DNA of 64,000 nucleotides from Schmidtea nova (Eukaryota), in contig CM097882.1 in NCBI GenBank assembly GCA_044892505.1, positions 515,034,001 to 515,098,000 on the forward strand, written 5' to 3'. Each line of letters opens with the position of its first letter. Position 1 is the first letter of the stretch. Below, piece after piece: positions 1-13,430 of this stretch. Below the pieces are notes generated by a model. It did not search any database, was not told the origin of the DNA, and saw only the letters and a list, made by a program, of their open reading frames with translations. Position numbers and translations under genes: made by a program.

Positions 1-699
1 AATATAAAATTTGTCGTTTTTTGTGCTGCACACGTGTTTTATTGATAATTTTTAACTATGTAAAATAATTTTATAGAGTTTTCAATGTAATATTGTATGT
101 ATAAATTTTATTTTTCTACATAATGACTTAATTCAAAATTTAAAAGTTACCGTTTCTCGTGTTACGCACGTGTTTTGTCGTAAATAATTGATTTTATATG
201 CTGATTGATACTTTTATTGTGTTTTCACTGTAACAATTTATATTTTAAATCTAATTCTTTACAATAAGTCATTATGTGTAAAATAATTACTTAGTAAATA
301 AATAGTTTACTTTTAATTAATTTATTTTTTATATTAATTAATTTACAATGTATCGAATAATTAAATAAGTAAATTTCAAATCTAACATTGTTCCAAATTT
401 TATTACATTCAACAAATTCCAGTATAGAATTTAGATCGGTATTTGATATTGTATTGGCGTATTCGTTTGTATTGAGATCGGCGTTGTGGATTAAATTGGT
501 TTTCTTGCGGTTGCAAGGCATTTTGATTGTTGCTGCTAAATTGAAATAAGATGGAATTTCGTTTGTTGCTGCTAGTCTGAGGAAAGATGGCATTGTATAT
601 ATTAATATTATTAAAACAAATTACACTCGTATTTAATTTAATATACAATTATTATAATTAAATAATAAAAAATATTAAATGGTAACTGTATTAATATCA

Positions 700-2130
700 G
701 TATGGTTCAGCAGGCACTACATTAGCCCCCGCCGAAGTATGCGGAGCGTACGTATGGAAGCAAGTTGGAGGATGTTCGGTGGTACTGAATCAATCTGGGT
801 AATCGATGTGGTAATCGCGTAGGTATTGAGGTTCGCGGCAGTAGCGCAACGGGCGTGAAAAAGTTGTGAGCAGTGATGTTGGGTAGGTTCTGACTGGATG
901 TTTTTGATGATTTGATCGGAGAAGTCAGGATCTTCTTTGACGTCGTCAATTACGAATGCGGATTGCAGGCAAGAAAGGTTGATGATGCCGGGAACGTCAT
1001 TTTTTTAGCTCGACTGTGTTCTTGAAGAGTCTAAGTATACGGAAAGGTCCTGATTAACGTGGCTTCAGGTTTCTGTGATCTATGCATTTGAGCCATGCGT
1101 GAGACGCAAAGGAAAGAGCAGCAGGTCGATATGGCCTGTATAGCGAAGAATAAATAAATGACGGGTTTGTATCGAGAGCAAGGAAATGGTTCCTAGCTTC
1201 GTTGCTTTGTTATAGAGAGGACTCAGTATCAAGATCAATAAGTTCCGACGGCATCCTGGTGTTAGTGCCGAATAGCAGCTGTGAAGGAGAGACTCCGCTT
1301 TAGTGATTTGGTGTGTTGTGCCATCCAAGAAGAACGAAGGACAGTGACTTCGACCGGCCACCTAAAGTGAACAGGATGCGGAGTGAAGCTTTCATGGTGC
1401 GGTGAGCTCGCTCTACGAGGCCGTTTTTCTGTAGGTGATTAGTGAAATATGTAAACGCTTGATTCCGAGTGTGCACGTCAGGTAGCTGAATGGGAGTTAT
1501 TTCTAACCAGCATGTCTTCCGATCGATCATGGTAAGTATGTAGGAGAAGCCGTGTTCGGCGGGAAGCGGAACCACTTAATCTATGTGAAAAATGTCGAAA
1601 TGTGAGCCGGTCGGAAAAGGTGTAAACTCTGGCTTGATGTGTCTGCGTGCTTTGTGTTGTTGACAACCGGAACATTCGTTTACCCCCTGTTTAACGTCAA
1701 GGAAGAGAGCAAACCAGGTAACTTTCTAGCGTATAAGGGAGTACGAGCTTTTCATGCCTGGGTGGTGCAGATCGTGAAGAGCGTCCTTGTGCAGTGATTC
1801 GTGGAGGATTGGATTCCATGTGTTGTTGAACGACGTGTCGCAGTGATACCGTCGATGATTAAGTGCGACGACTGGTTTTTTTTATATCGCTGTCCGAGGG
1901 AGGGGTACTACGAAGGGGATAGAGCGAAAAAATATGTTTGATCTCGAAATCGAAGGATGAGAGGAATGAGAGTTGATGGAACTCTCTAGATGAATGATCT
2001 TTCATTGTGAGGCAGTGCAACAACGGCTTGTGATTGGTGAAGATTATGAAGTGGTGGAAATATTTTACAGCCATAAAGATGGCTAACAGTTCTCTGTCGA
2101 ATGCGCTATCTATCGTTTCGGCTGTGTTAT
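700..2130 (-). mobile_element. Degenerate Ty3/Gypsy pol remnant (RNase H end and integrase)
   Basis: Frameshifted motifs IIFTNHKPLL / QLSFLSSFDFEIKHI (RNase H end), HGFSYILTMIDRKTCWLE and NGLVERAHRTMKASL (integrase core) in ORFs 1859-2074 and 1300-1575. Confidence 0.7.
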
Positions 2131-3987
2131 TTTATTACATAATTGATGTTTTTATGTTTTTATGTTATATATGTGTTTTTCACTTGTATACTTAATGCGC
2201 TTTTGTTCATTTTAATTTTTAAACGTGTTTTAATTAAGTATTTATGTGTTTTGTTATTACTGTGTTTTACTTGGTGTTTTACCTCATGGAATTTTAAATA
2301 TACTTCTTGCGCGCTCTCTACATGCTATATTACCGCGTCATTTAAACAAAACTCAGTTTTTGCTCAACAGTGTAATATTGTTGTCATATTGAATTAAAAT
2401 AGTAGGATTAGTTTATTTGATGGCAGACACGGTCGATGAGGGATTAGCTAGACTGTAGGAGTTTCCGCATTGTATTGGCTAAAAGACATACCGAGGTTCA
2501 GAAGATATATGATAATCACGAATCACCTGCCTTCTATTGACGCTATTGGAAGAAAGATGAATCGTTGACACACAATCCATGTATAACTGGGCTCACTATC
2601 GAGATTTTTGATAGACCAAAGGAATACAAAATCAACTTACAGACCCAAGTTAGTTGGTAAGTATGTCCGTTGGAATAATAATTATGAAGGGGATGGCTTA
2701 CTGACGGATCCATTAGACAAGAAAAGGACGCCGAGACATAGAAAACAAATGACCTCTCATGTACGTTCCAAATACACACCCAATACTTTTTCAAAACTTA
2801 AAAATGCTATTAAAATTTTTTTTTATAATTCTTAAATTGATTCCTGAATTTTAAGCAAAACAATTTTGATTGAATTTTTAAAATTATTTCTAAGAGTGAT
2901 TTATATTTATTTTATTGCGTTTTTTCGAATAAAATTTCTTTTCTTTTGATTTTATTTGATACCGTTTTAAAATCTTAAAAAACAATCTATTTAAAATGAA
3001 TGAAACTATTTTTTGGTTAATGTTTCAATATCAAAATTACAAGTTTTCTTATTTTTTTACAACTTTAAAATTTGACTTATGTAAAGTTTTGAAAATTTCT
3101 AAAATATTTGTTTTAATATTTGTTTTATTTTTTTCTCTTTCCTAAATTTTAATTATAAATATTACATTATAGAAAATTATACTACAACATTCCGGAAACG
3201 AGCGAATTATCTGCTATACAATATAAAAGTAAGAAATTTTTTAATCAAAAGTTTTAAAAATTTTAAGCTTTATTTATTTCCATGAAAGTGATAAATAAAA
3301 AGTCGCCATTTTGAATATATATTTAAGAATTTATTAATGATAAATCTGTTATTTCATATTTCATACTAGGCTTCTTTTATTTGAATCCATAAATGATCCG
3401 AAAATGTATAGTTTTATAATTCAATTTTTAATATATTTTTTAGGAAACCAGCAATTATAAATTTCATGAATTTCTATTATCTAATAAATGAAATTAAATT
3501 TAGTTAAGCATAGCACAAATAAAACAATTTGTGAATGCCAAAAACTCAAATAAATTAAAATCAGTAAATAACAAACTTATTAAAATAATTCTCCATTTTA
3601 AAATATTTCAATTTCGAAAATAATTAATTCAACGTATAAATCAACATTTTTTAAATTAAAATTTCCATATCTTCATAATAATCTTCACACAAAAAGTTAC
3701 AAATTAAATTAGTATGGAATAATTATCTAAATTCTGTTTTGGGTTAATTTAGTAAAAATAAAATAACACAAAAATAATTATCCAAATCAGAATTTCAATA
3801 ATAAATGAAATATAAAATAAAGATTGACCAAGTACTATGAATTCGTTCTTAAATGGGAAATAGTCATTTTACCCGATAAACTAAAAATTGATATTGTCAA
3901 AAATCCGATGATCTCAGGAAATTCCAAAACGGAAAAGTTGATTAACTGTTTTCATATTAATTTGTAGCTTGTAAACTATTTAAAAAA

Positions 3988-4730
3988 CTAGGCTTTATCC
4001 CGTGCTAGCACGGGTAAATAGTTTGAATACTTAAAGCCTTGTCACTGTATGTATGTGTCTGTAACGCTGATAATAAATCAACTTAATAATTTTTTAAAAT
4101 AAATTTTAATCTACTTACTATAGTAAGTAGACTGTCTAATGTGGTCAGCGTTACAGACATACAGTGAGAAGGCTTTTATACATATGTATATAGAAATTAA
4201 TAAATTTTACTTTTAATCTACTTACTATAGTAAGTAGACTGTCTAATGTGGTCAGCGTTACAGACATACAGTGAGAAGGCTTTTATACATATGTATATAG
4301 AAATTAATAAATTTTAATTTTAATCTACTTACTATAGTAAGTAGACTGTCTAATTTGGTCAGCGTTACATAGATACAGTGAGAAGGCTTTTATATATATA
4401 TATATGTATATATAAATTAATAAATTTCAATTTTAATCTACTTACTATAGTAAGTAGACTGTCTAATGTGGTCAGCGTTACAGACATACAGTGAGAAGGC
4501 TTTTATACATATGTATATAGAAATTAATAAATTTTAATTTTAATCTACTTACTATAGTAAGTAGACTGTCTAATGTGGTCAGCGTTACAGACATACAGTG
4601 AGAAGGCTTTTATACATATGTATATATAAATTAATAAATTTCAATTTTAATCTACTTACTATAGTAAGTAGACTGTCTAATGTGGTCAGCGTTACAGACA
4701 CATACAATGTATATATAATAATAATATCTA
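3988..4730 (-). mobile_element. Non-autonomous Helitron/Helentron-like element
   Basis: The minus strand ends in a perfect 16-bp palindrome CCCGTGCTAGCACGGG (3999-4014) followed shortly by CTAG(T) at 3988-3991, the canonical Helitron 3' end. The repeat units read TCTATATACATATGTATAAAAG on the minus strand, like Helitron 5' ends. Confidence 0.6.
4104..4705. repeat. Tandem repeat, ~107 bp unit, 6 copies (last partial)
   Basis: The palindrome TCTACTTACTATAGTAAGTAGA recurs at 4110, 4217, 4324, 4437, 4544 and 4651. An inverted partial copy (AAGCCTTGTCACTGTATG...CTGTAACGCTGA) lies at ~4034-4069. Confidence 0.95.
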
Positions 4731-5149
4731 TATAATAGAATCAAAACAAAATTAAAGTAATTTTTTATTAGAGTATTAATTTCATGAAATCTTTAAAAAT
4801 TCATTGTTATTATTATTAACCATTTCATGAAATTAATATTCTATTAAAAATTCTATTTTATTTTGTATCAATTTTACTATTAAATAATTTAGAGGAAATG
4901 TTGTTTTAGACAATTTTTAAGGGGCATCACAAAAATTAGCAGATGTACCAGACATGTTGATATAGCTCTATGTTTAACAATTATATATTGACATAATATC
5001 GAAACATCCTAATTCACATTTAATTGGGTAATTAAAATGTTTGAATAATTCAGCTAATTACAAACGTTACGAATATGATACGTCTAGAGTAGTCGGATAA
5101 TCTTTTTTGGGTCGAGACGCACCCATTAACTTAAAAAAATTGGAATTTT

Positions 5150-6550
5150 GAAAACGAAAAGGAGATTGATGTGAGGCTCAATTTTCGAAAGACAAACTCG
5201 TATTTCCTTGTCAACCATATGAGGTCTTTCGCGTTTCTGTGACGCCGAAAAGGTAAGAGCTTCCAAATGGTAATAACGATTCTATTGTACTGTTGCACAA
5301 TAGTGAAAATTTGCTTCTAAGATATCCAGAATTCCGAGATCTCTTTTCCAGTGACGATTCTTTTGAAAACCGTTATTTAAATCGATAAGATTTTATTTTT
5401 TACCGTCTTCAAGATTTACGACATTTCTGATAAATTGAGATTAGGAAAGTATTTGAGAAATGATTCCGACACATCTTTCAAGGTTTCTCCAATTTAGAAG
5501 GATTCAAGTTAACCGTCGAAAATGATCCTAATTTTGAACTTTTCAACATTACAAACTCATCGGGTATGTTGGTAATGTACACAGTGATGTAAGATGCTAA
5601 ATGATTAGGTGAAACCTGTTGCCAAAACTATTCCTCATCACGATTTCCTTATTGGTTAGTATCGGCCGATAGAAGACTTTCATTCTTGTTTACTTCCGAT
5701 TCATACTCTGGTCCGGTGACAAATTAACAGCCTATAACTGCCCATACTACAACTTTACGTTATAATCGATCGTATTATTGTCTCAATAATAAAGCCTAGT
5801 TGATTCAAAGGAAGCTAAATTATATTTAAGTCTATCACACAAGTCTTATACAAATTAATCCATGTGGAATGGAACTCAACGTTCAAAAACTCCTCGGACA
5901 TATCAGTTACAAATTCGATTTAAGCATTCATTCTAGTTCGAAACTGCGCTTCTCTGATTCATCTTAATCATCGTCTTTTTCGCTGACTCGACTTGGATCG
6001 TTTTAAACTGTTCTCGATTGGACTTGGAACTGGTGGCAAGATTAACATGGGCATGATCGGGTTAAGTCATTCAATGTCATGTATTTATGAATGTGTCGGA
6101 TACGTAAAGCCAGTTCCTTCGACGGTTCCTTACAATTCCGAAGTTCTATCTTTTGTTGCAAACAGGTCTACTTGAAGTATCTCATCTGTATAAGTATCCT
6201 TATCATGGAGCGTTTTCAAGTACTGTCAGCCCCTACAATTTACGCAGAGCTTGACAATTCACTCCTCTTGGTGCTTTGAGTTGATGACTGTAGCCATATG
6301 ATTCCTAAAAAGCAATCGATTTAATTAATCGAGCCTTATCTTATAAGCAAAATTCTGGTTACACTTTCGTTTAAAGTCTTTCCTTTTATTATCACTTTCC
6401 GCTTCAATCAGTACTCCTAGCCTTTGTGCAGACCTCGTCAAGCAAATCAATCCTGTCGTATTCATATTCCAGACGTCTCTCACCTTTGACAGTATCCTTC
6501 CTCTCACATTACCACACTATGTTTCTTGGACAACAACCGCGATTCACTAC
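5150..6550 (+). mobile_element. Highly degenerate Gypsy-like pol remnant
   Basis: Only faint traces remain (RLSFL..F, GDK..A.C, DRFK...L.L near 5996); many stops and frameshifts. Confidence 0.35.
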
Positions 6551-8079
6551 TTTTATTTTCATATATCTCACCAGTACTAGTAAGCTTGTCATGTTTAACT
6601 TTAACATAACAGACAAAATGAAAAGTAGAAAAACTTGGTAACTAATAACATGTATTTATACAAGATTTGCGTAATATTTAGCCAATGAATTTTATTCCCC
6701 TTCTGCTGATTTGGTGTCGAATGCCTAGCCGTGCATCTAGGAAATACGAGTTTGTTCATTAATTTATGCTTTTCACCAATCATTTCTTTGATTGAATCGA
6801 ATTCAATTGTTCTGAAGTAGGGTATAGTGAGCGTACTGCACCACTTTTCACATACAATGGTTGCCAACGTACTCACACACATCAATATATATTCTCTGAG
6901 ACAGCTGTTGCTAACGAAAATACACACATTAAGGTGTTTTCAGCGAAGAACCTGTTGCTAACGTAAACACACGCGTCAATCTATAATCACTGAGGTAGCT
7001 TTTAATTATATTAACACTTACAGCATTCATTATTAGCCTTACCAAGTAGCACACATCTTATCACGTTTTTTATTTAATTGAGTGATATTTTTTGTTTTAA
7101 TTAAGCAACTAACATTTTGAGTAGTTGTTCCACATATTTTTAACCGAAAACTTTCAATATATTATCTAATTTATTTAAATAGAGTTTTCAAGTGTGTTGG
7201 TGTGTCATTAATTTTTTAAGCCATTTAAATCTTTACTGGTATTTTTTTGTATTGGATTTTCAACTCTAACAATTTCTTCAGGCAAAAAGGGACTCAGTCT
7301 TTCTGAACTAAAATTTTGGTCTCAGTCTTTTGAATAGAATATTAATTTCAATATTTTGAAAAGGTAATAGATTTTAATGGTATATTTCATGAACAAGGTT
7401 TTCCAATCTCAAAGCTTTTACAGGTAAATAAAAAAAATAATTCAATATTTTTTTTCAATGGCAAATTATTGTACACGATTTGAAAAGTCAAATATTTTTA
7501 TGTTAGATTTTCTTTATGAATAGGAAATGTAGGAAATTTTTATACATAGATTTCAATGGAATATTTTTCAACACTTAGACTGTCTTAAGACAAAAGGGAT
7601 CATAGATTTTTTGAATAAAGATTTTTGTGGAAATAAAAACAGATGAAAATATTTTAAATAAGTCAAATTTGGTTTCAAATTTGAAAATAGACCAATTTGT
7701 TCTGATAAATTTGGTTAGGAAAATTTATAGTCTCGGATCTTTACGGTTAATAAAAACAGGTCAATATAATTTAAATAGGTGCATAGAATTTTTTTTTGAA
7801 TGTAAATAATTTTAATAGTAAATAAAGTACGGAGAATATTTATAAAGACAAAGATGATGTTAGAAATTTTTGTACACAAATTTCAATGTACTCAGTTTAA
7901 AATTAGTAAACATTTGGTAAATTACAAGTAGTTTCTATAGTTAATAAAGTATGTAGATTATTTGTTAAGTCAAGGTTTTTATGACATAACATTTTTAAAA
8001 CTGTTGGTTGCGTTTCAAAAATTTATGTACTTTCGTCACTTTCATTTTACTCTGGTCGCACTACAACACATAAAAAGCT

Positions 8080-8690
8080 TACTGACCCCTTAGTACATAC
8101 GTTGGTACTGCATACGATAGGCGAATGTGAATCGGCAGGTCAACACTACTCCCGATCCAATCATTCTCGTTCTCGGATTCACTTGATTTGATCATCAGTT
8201 GTTTTCATGCTCTATGCCGTTTCTGAGAGCTGATTCTTTTTCGTTTCTTGGGTACCTTCCTCGCTTTATCTGTTTTATGGATCATTCGACTGGGTAGTGT
8301 CCGGATACCATATAGATAAAGTAATGGGTCTGATTAGTTCCTTCAAATCATCCGCTACGAACCGTTGCGTGATATAGAGCAACTCTATTCTAACAGCGCC
8401 TAATTCCATCTATAGGTCTTCGTCACTTTGGCGTATTTTGGCTAGCTTATTCATTAATCCTTTCATATCTGACGGCGAAAAGTATGTGCTCTCCAAGTAA
8501 ATGATACGTCGCTTTAGTTGGCACATGTTGTCTCCATTCATTCTGGACGGATCGATATCCTTTATTTTCGACAATTTGTTAGTATAATCGGTGATTAAAT
8601 TTATAAAAACATTTATAACTATAAAAAGATTTTTCAGCTTTCCCTTCGATTCCCCCTTAACATTTACAATTTTCGTTATCCTCATTCCCG
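8080..8690 (-). mobile_element. Possible degenerate Gypsy gag remnant
   Basis: ORF 8410-8685 followed by a decayed C-x2-H-x-R...C...GC knuckle-like stretch near 8090-8140. Confidence 0.3.
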
Positions 8691-8869
8691 ATACTTTTCT
8701 TTAATTAATTTAAAAATGTTTGTAACCGAATCATTCTTTAAAACCACTTATTTACATTCTACCCTACTTTGTAAATTGGAACTCAACCCTATTTTTTTCT
8801 ACCTCTACCTTTCTTTGCAACTGCAGGAGTCGCATTAACTATATTCATTGCCGTTTCATTTGGTTGAAC

Positions 8870-9660
8870 ATTTAATGCCACTGTTTTTAAAGCTGGTCAG
8901 CCTCGGCTTCGCTTGAAACCAATGGGTATATTTGTAGCATTCTGTTGTATCTTACACAGATTGAGGTGTTTCGTTATTCCAATAACATGTTCGCAAATAT
9001 AATTTTTTGTCCAATGGCCACATGTACGTGAACCTTTTACCATTTTTGTTCATTATTTTTTACCATCCACATTGTAATTATCGAATGAATCCCAATCATG
9101 TTTTTCATGCGGTTCCAAATAACTTTTGCATTGCAGTTTTGACAATTCCTCAATATCCCCTGCTCGAGTAAAATACAACAGACTATTTGGAGACTGAATT
9201 TTTTGAACTGTTTTTTTAAAAGCTGCGGTATAATATTAAAAGGACATGTCCTGAACAAGGAAAAAGTTTTGAAAATAAAGTTGAGTTTTTCATCGCGTCT
9301 GAAAAATTAAACAAATATCTTGTTCGCTAAATTATTAAGGAATTGTCTTGTAGGTGCTTCATTATAAACTTTTACATAACCATTTCTGATTGCTTGTGCT
9401 ACATCTGTAATTAAAGCTGTTGTTTTGTAAACAATTGATGAATCCACTTTATTTGCTGTTGATCTGGTTGCCTCATACAAATGCAAAATCATCTTCGTTT
9501 TCATTATGACTTGCAACCATTCCTAATGGGTGAAACTTCTTGTATGTGTCTGTGGTACCAACCAATAAAAGTGGAAATCCTTGCTATACTAACTTATAAG
9601 TGGCATCTGTTGCTACATGAGAGCAGACCCGTGACTGAGTATATGATCGCCCGAGTGCCA
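8870..9660 (-). pseudogene. MULE (Mutator-like) transposase remnant with SWIM finger
   Basis: YKTTALITDVAQAIRNGYVKVY (MULE DDE region) and RTCGHWTKNYICEHVIG...PIGFKRSRG-P (SWIM finger and RGRP tail), frameshifted. Confidence 0.6.
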
Positions 9661-10339
9661 ATGTGTTTTGGCCGCTTCCAAGATAAAAATAGAAAAAATA
9701 AATATTTTTAATTAGAAAATAAAATTTGTGCATCAAGTCCGCATTTTTAATTGTAATTTATATTAATATTACAGGGTTTTTCACCTAAAAAACTATTATT
9801 TCAAATAAAAAAACTACTATTACAAATACAAAAAACTACTATTTCAAATAAAAAAATACTGGTTACCAAAATGTTAAAATATAGGGTATAGATCGATGAT
9901 TTTGAAAATTATTGATATCAATATTGATATAAGGAATAATTAAAAAATATTTAGTCGCTATGAATAAATCTACCCCGCGTAAAAATAACTATCAGATTAG
10001 ATAAGAAGCAAGATTATCGCAAAACATAGAGCCGGAAAATCGCCGATGCAGATAAGTGCCGACTTAAATATCAGCGTAATTAACAATTTAAAAAAACGGA
10101 AGAATAAATGCTAAGAATATTAGAGCTCCAAAGACAAAGAAAATAACAACGGATAACGAACACTTTATTAAGGAAAAAATTTCACTTGATCGTTCAGTGA
10201 CAACAAAGGCTTTGAAAGGTTGTATTTAAACCGAAAAGAATATAAGCGTGTTACAGTTTTTCGTGCAATTGAAAACTTCTGTTACACACTTCAAAGGGTA
10301 GTTCTGATAACATAAGTACATAATTCTGTGAGGGTTATC

Positions 10340-10992
10340 AGTAGGAGGAAGTGTGGACGAGGGAACAAAGACATATGACGTCATCGCGCGTGTGCATCCA
10401 ATCAAAATCAAGTGACCCCCTGGGGTGTACTTTTTTTTGCGACCCTTCCCAATTTTTTTTACACACAGACGATGAGCCATAAAATTTTTAAGGTCAAATT
10501 TTAAGGACATTTTGAGGACACTTTAAGGTCAAATTTTGAGGACACTTCAAGGACAAGTTAAGGTCAAGGTCATGCTAAGAACAATTTTTAAGGTCAAAAT
10601 CTAAAATTTTCAAAATTTCAAAAACAAAAAACATAAAATTTTACAAAACATTTTTTCAAAAACACCAAGTGAGAATTTATCAACATTTATTAATAAATAC
10701 ACATATATGACAACAATGTTATTCCAACTATGCAATTCTTGCGCTTTTTATCTTCCAAACTGGAGTCATTGATTCTTTTGGATCGATTTTATATCCTTGG
10801 ATGGATATATCAATAAACCAATTTTCATTATCCGTATATTCAACTGATTGAAATGTATCATGAAATTCGGTGTTCCTGTTGTTGATGAATATTGTTTCAT
10901 TGCAAGATAATTTCTTGTTGATTTTCGTCAACACTTTATTGATTGCAACAACATCTTTATAAATCTGACCAATTAAGTTGGAATATTGCGAA
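10340..10992. repeat. Polinton left TIR, outer part
   Basis: Reverse complement of 30020-30679 with scattered substitutions and small indels. Confidence 0.92.
10728..10992 (-). CDS. TIR-encoded ~89 aa ORF, left copy (its MENN start is displaced to 13138-13140 by the insertion)
   Basis: SQYSNLIGQIYKDVVAINK...PVWKIKSARIA is near-identical to the right-TIR copy that starts MENN at 30009. Confidence 0.55.
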
Positions 10993-11180
10993 GTCGACAG
11001 CTTTACCGGATTTGGGACCTTGAAGGAGATTTCGTTTAGCAATAAAACATTTGGTAATAGTGAAACATCTGAACCGGTCGTAAATCAAATTTGTTTTCTG
11101 TTGATTTGATTTGTTATCGTTCCTAACTGGTTTCATTTTAATTGGACTAGATTTGCTGAAAAGATTTTGCATTTTATGAA
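10993..11180 (-). pseudogene. Gypsy-type aspartic protease fragment inserted in the left TIR
   Basis: A one-base frameshift restores N-L-I-(Y)-D-T-G-S-D-V-S-L-L-P, matching the retroviral-type DTG protease motif. Confidence 0.45.
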
Positions 11181-11350
11181 CAATACTATTTTTGCTTTCT
11201 TATTTATACTCGTCATCGTCTGTGTGCAGCCAATCAGGTTCTTGCACATGTCTTGTAAATCAATTGCATATGTCTTGCTAATCGATTGGATATGTATTAA
11301 TAATTGACTTTGTATGCATGTTGATGATTATCTACTGCAATTTCTTTCTA

Positions 11351-12995
11351 CTGTAAAATCCCGAGTATTAGATGCAGCTAATACGTACATTAAGGCAACA
11401 TTTATGAATTTCAGCTAATATGATGTGCAGCTTATACAACTAAAAAACAATTCAAATCGAAGATAAGATTATTTATTTCAATTTTCAACATCACACTCCT
11501 CAAAACCATCACTTTTCATTGTCAATAAAAGTGAAATTTTCTAGTAATTCTACAATGTTTGGATCAGACTCGTTCACATTCATTTCATTTTCTTCAATTT
11601 CAAGAACATCGTCGTCTTCACCGAATGCAACACAAAAACCATTCAAAATGGTGGAAATGTTAACATCTTCCCAAGAGGAAACAATCCATTCGAAAATAGT
11701 ATTCCAGTCAGCTGCTTTCATATTTCCGGACTTAGTATGTTTGATGTTTTCATAATCTTTAATGATCCAATCCTCCCACTTGCGCAATTTTGACTTGAAC
11801 GAACGGTTAACAGTAAGATCTAATGGCTGCACCTTCAATTCTGCAGGTATGAAAGCTACTTTGGATTCCTTCTTAATTTTATCAAGTGTAGTACTGACAA
11901 GATGTGAGCGATGCATATCAAATAAAAGCAATGATGGTACTTTTGGATCCTGGTTCCATGGTGTCTTTGGAGGCAATGTAATTCGACTCTTCCATACTTT
12001 CTTGAGCCATATCTCAAGAGTTTCATGATTCATCCAACCAGATCCATTAGCTGCAATAACAAGCTTTGATTCAGGAATGCAAGTCTTTGGATGTTTCTTT
12101 GTGCCCAAAATAACAAAAGGCGGAAGTTTAGTACCATCTTTGAGAACACAGATTGACGGTAAATCGTTTTTTCTCATGTCCTGTAGTTTTAATTCGGACC
12201 TCCTTGGCACCCTTAGTCTTAATTGTGTACCCTAAAGGCATGTCACATTAAACCGACACTTCATCAAAATTACTGATTTGATTATCGGGCAAATCCTTCT
12301 TTAAATCTGTGATGGTGCTTCTAAACTTGGCCATCTGAAATTCCCAATCTTTCGTTAATTGTTGCTTCGTGGTAGGCCGTCGAACACAAATATTCTTGCG
12401 TTTCATGAAATTATCAGTCCATTGAGAGCTCGCGACAAATCCTTCAATTTTCATCTCTTTGGCAATTACTTGTGCCTGTAAACGAATTCGAACAACCGAC
12501 ACTTGAAGTTCTCGTTCACGTTGAATTAGGATCCATTCGTGTAATTTCGTTTCCAGTTCCGGATATCTAGCGTTACCACCACGCAATGATCTTCGATTTG
12601 GATTCATTGCTTTGATAACAGACTCTTGGGCGATCCATCGTCGAATAACAGTTTCATTAATATCATATCGTCTTGCAACCTCCCGTATGTTTCCTAACTG
12701 ACGAGCTAATTCAGTTTGCCTAACTTCTAACTTCTTTTTTTCTTTGCTGAACTAAAAGATCTTCGTTGTTTCTTTTGTTTTTGTTCAGAATCGTTATCCA
12801 TTTCAATCAAGGATTCAAAAAGTGCAATAAACAATATAAACGATTAAAACAAAATGGTTATTGTTTTTTATTGATATTTGTTTTTTAATGATAGGTTGCT
12901 GATTTTAAAATCAGGTGTTTTCAACGAAAATGGTGCAGCTAATACGTGCTGCGGTTTATACGACTAAAAAAATACATTTTTATAAAAATGTCATC
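11351..12995 (-). mobile_element. pogo/Tigger-family DNA transposon
   Basis: TA followed by CTGTAAAATCCCGAGTATTAG at 11349-11371 (pogo-type terminus); transposase inside; the other end runs into the N gap. Confidence 0.8.
11509..12801 (-). pseudogene. pogo transposase (Brinker-like HTH + CENP-B HTH + DDE_1), frameshifted
   Basis: ATG at 12801 (MDNDSEQKQKKQRRSFS); NIREVARRYDINETVIRRW; YPELETKLHEWIL; NFDEV; GTKLPPFVIL, SGWMN, LLLFDMHRSH, VQPLDLTVNRSFK. Confidence 0.85.
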
Positions 12996-13127
12996 NNNNN
13001 NNNNNNNNNNNNNNNNNNNNNNNNNNNNNNNNNNNNNNNNNNNNNNNNNNNNNNNNNNNNNNNNNNNNNNNNNNNNNNNNNNNNNNNNNNNNNNNNNNNN
13101 NNNNNNNNNNNNNNNNNNNNNNNNNNN
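12996..13127. other. Assembly gap (132 N)
   Basis: Run of N. Confidence 1.
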
Positions 13128-13279
13128 AATTATTTTCCATTATTATTTTCAATAAATATTCAGCATCAAAATTTTATAAAAGTTAATTTTAACTACAAAA
13201 CATCTTTCATAACTCGGTACGTTTTAAGAAAATAAATGCTTTATAAAAAACACAATAAAAAGACACTTTAACTATAAAA
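13128..13279. repeat. Polinton left TIR, inner part
   Basis: AATTATTTTCCATTATT...ACTATAAAA is the reverse complement of 29870-30021 and continues exactly from where 10992 stops. Confidence 0.85.
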
Positions 13280-13430
13280 TGACAAACAACTCATAACACC
13301 ACATAAAAATCAACAAAATTAAAAACAAATGTTTTGGTTTTTGTTAAAAAAATTTATTAAAATAACAAAGTGCCGTTTATATTTTCTGGTTGGACATGCA
13401 AGTCCCTCGGCATTTCCCAAACTATCATCT

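Noticed and set aside
4104-4705. Palindrome-containing repeat array as a CRISPR array
   Set aside because: The intervening sequences are identical rather than unique spacers, there are no cas genes, and the context is eukaryotic.
10993-11042. N-terminal 17 aa of track ORF 10728-11042
   Set aside because: Chimeric: it comes from the inserted Gypsy fragment, and the true start (MENN) is at 13140 or 30009.
12915-13235. ORFs spanning the N gap
   Set aside because: Artefacts of translating Ns.
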